A stretch of DNA of 18,997 bases from Deltaproteobacteria bacterium (lineage in GTDB: Bacteria > Desulfobacterota > Syntrophia > Syntrophales > UBA6807): the NCBI GenBank assembly GCA_016935565.1, contig JAFGQS010000102.1, positions 1 to 18,997 of the forward strand, written 5' to 3'. This document shows positions 18,585 through 18,997 of this stretch, in pieces. Numbering within the stretch: position 1 is the first letter of the stretch; the number at the start of each line of letters is the position of its first letter. A program made the position numbers and the translations under genes. The notes under the pieces are model-generated. The model made no database searches. It worked only from the letters and a program-made list of their open reading frames with translations, and was not told the origin of the DNA.

Positions 18585-18997
18585 TATTCTACTCCGATAA
18601 TCTCTCCTTCATAGGTCCGTTTCACGTCTCCCATGAGCCATACATCTTTAATATAATCATTCTCCTTTTGAAAATCGACCACCATGACACCTCCCGGCAT
18701 CTGAACGGCGATCGGCGGATCACCAATTTTTTTGTAGATATGGCTGATAATCGCTGAGGCCACCGCACCGGTACCACACGCCATGGTCTCCGCTTCAACA
18801 CCCCTCTCATAGGTGCGGACTCGTATAAGACGGGGTCCCATTACTTCAACAAAATCAACGTTCGTTCCGTTCGGCTTAAACGCCTTATGAAACCTGACAT
18901 ATTTTCCAATCTGATCAACCTCATCGACAGACATTTCAATGACACAGTCCCTGAATATGATTACATGGGGAACACCGGAATTTATGGGAAACAATAC
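18584..18997 (-). CDS. dapF: Diaminopimelate epimerase. C-terminal portion only, because the gene continues past the 3' window edge.
   Basis: GVPHVIIF (GNPHxV motif) and ETMACGTGAVASA (the second catalytic Cys motif ACGTGA) are present. The first listed codon is TTG, with an in-frame sense codon upstream to the window edge, so the true N-terminus lies outside the window. Confidence 0.8.
   Translation of the reverse strand, partial: VLFPINSGVPHVIIFRDCVIEMSVDEVDQIGKYVRFHKAFKPNGTNVDFVEVMGPRLIRVRTYERGVEAETMACGTGAVASAIISHIYKKIGDPPIAVQMPGGVMVVDFQKENDYIKDVWLMGDVKRTYEGEIIGVE

Noticed and set aside
1-18997. I scanned for CRISPR arrays, tandem direct repeats, IS termini, integrase/transposase-like ORFs and tRNA/rRNA genes.
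   Set aside because: No regularly spaced repeats were found, no mobile-element-like proteins, and no tRNA-like cloverleaf candidates in the short intergenic regions. The window is almost entirely housekeeping coding sequence.

Overview
This 19 kb window looks like ordinary bacterial chromosomal DNA from a core-metabolism region, with roughly mid-range GC. It is densely coding: 12 CDS, 11 of them on the minus strand. I found no rRNA, tRNA, CRISPR array, transposase/integrase or large repeat. The genes fall into three tightly packed minus-strand operon-like groups, each supported by short gaps, stop/start overlaps and good Shine-Dalgarno (SD) sequences.

- **Amino-sugar operon:** glmM, then nagB (a long form), then a hexapeptide-repeat left-handed beta-helix (LbH) transferase-like protein.
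- **Carbamoyl-phosphate/GMP operon:** carA, then guaA, then carB, then an 861-aa orphan protein. The orphan protein has a KaiC-like pseudo-ATPase domain and a PEP-synthase/PPDK-type nucleotide-binding domain, and its ATG overlaps the carB stop codon (ATGA).
- **Lysine/purine operon:** dapF (partial, runs off the 3' edge), then dapL, then purF.

Outside the operons there is a type II citrate synthase gene (minus strand) and, on the plus strand, a flotillin-like SPFH membrane protein whose coding sequence contains a G9 homopolymer.

The most unusual element is the 861-aa multi-domain protein that is translationally coupled to carB. Everything else is recognisable housekeeping content. All functional calls rest on motif-level recognition of the translated ORFs, without database searches.
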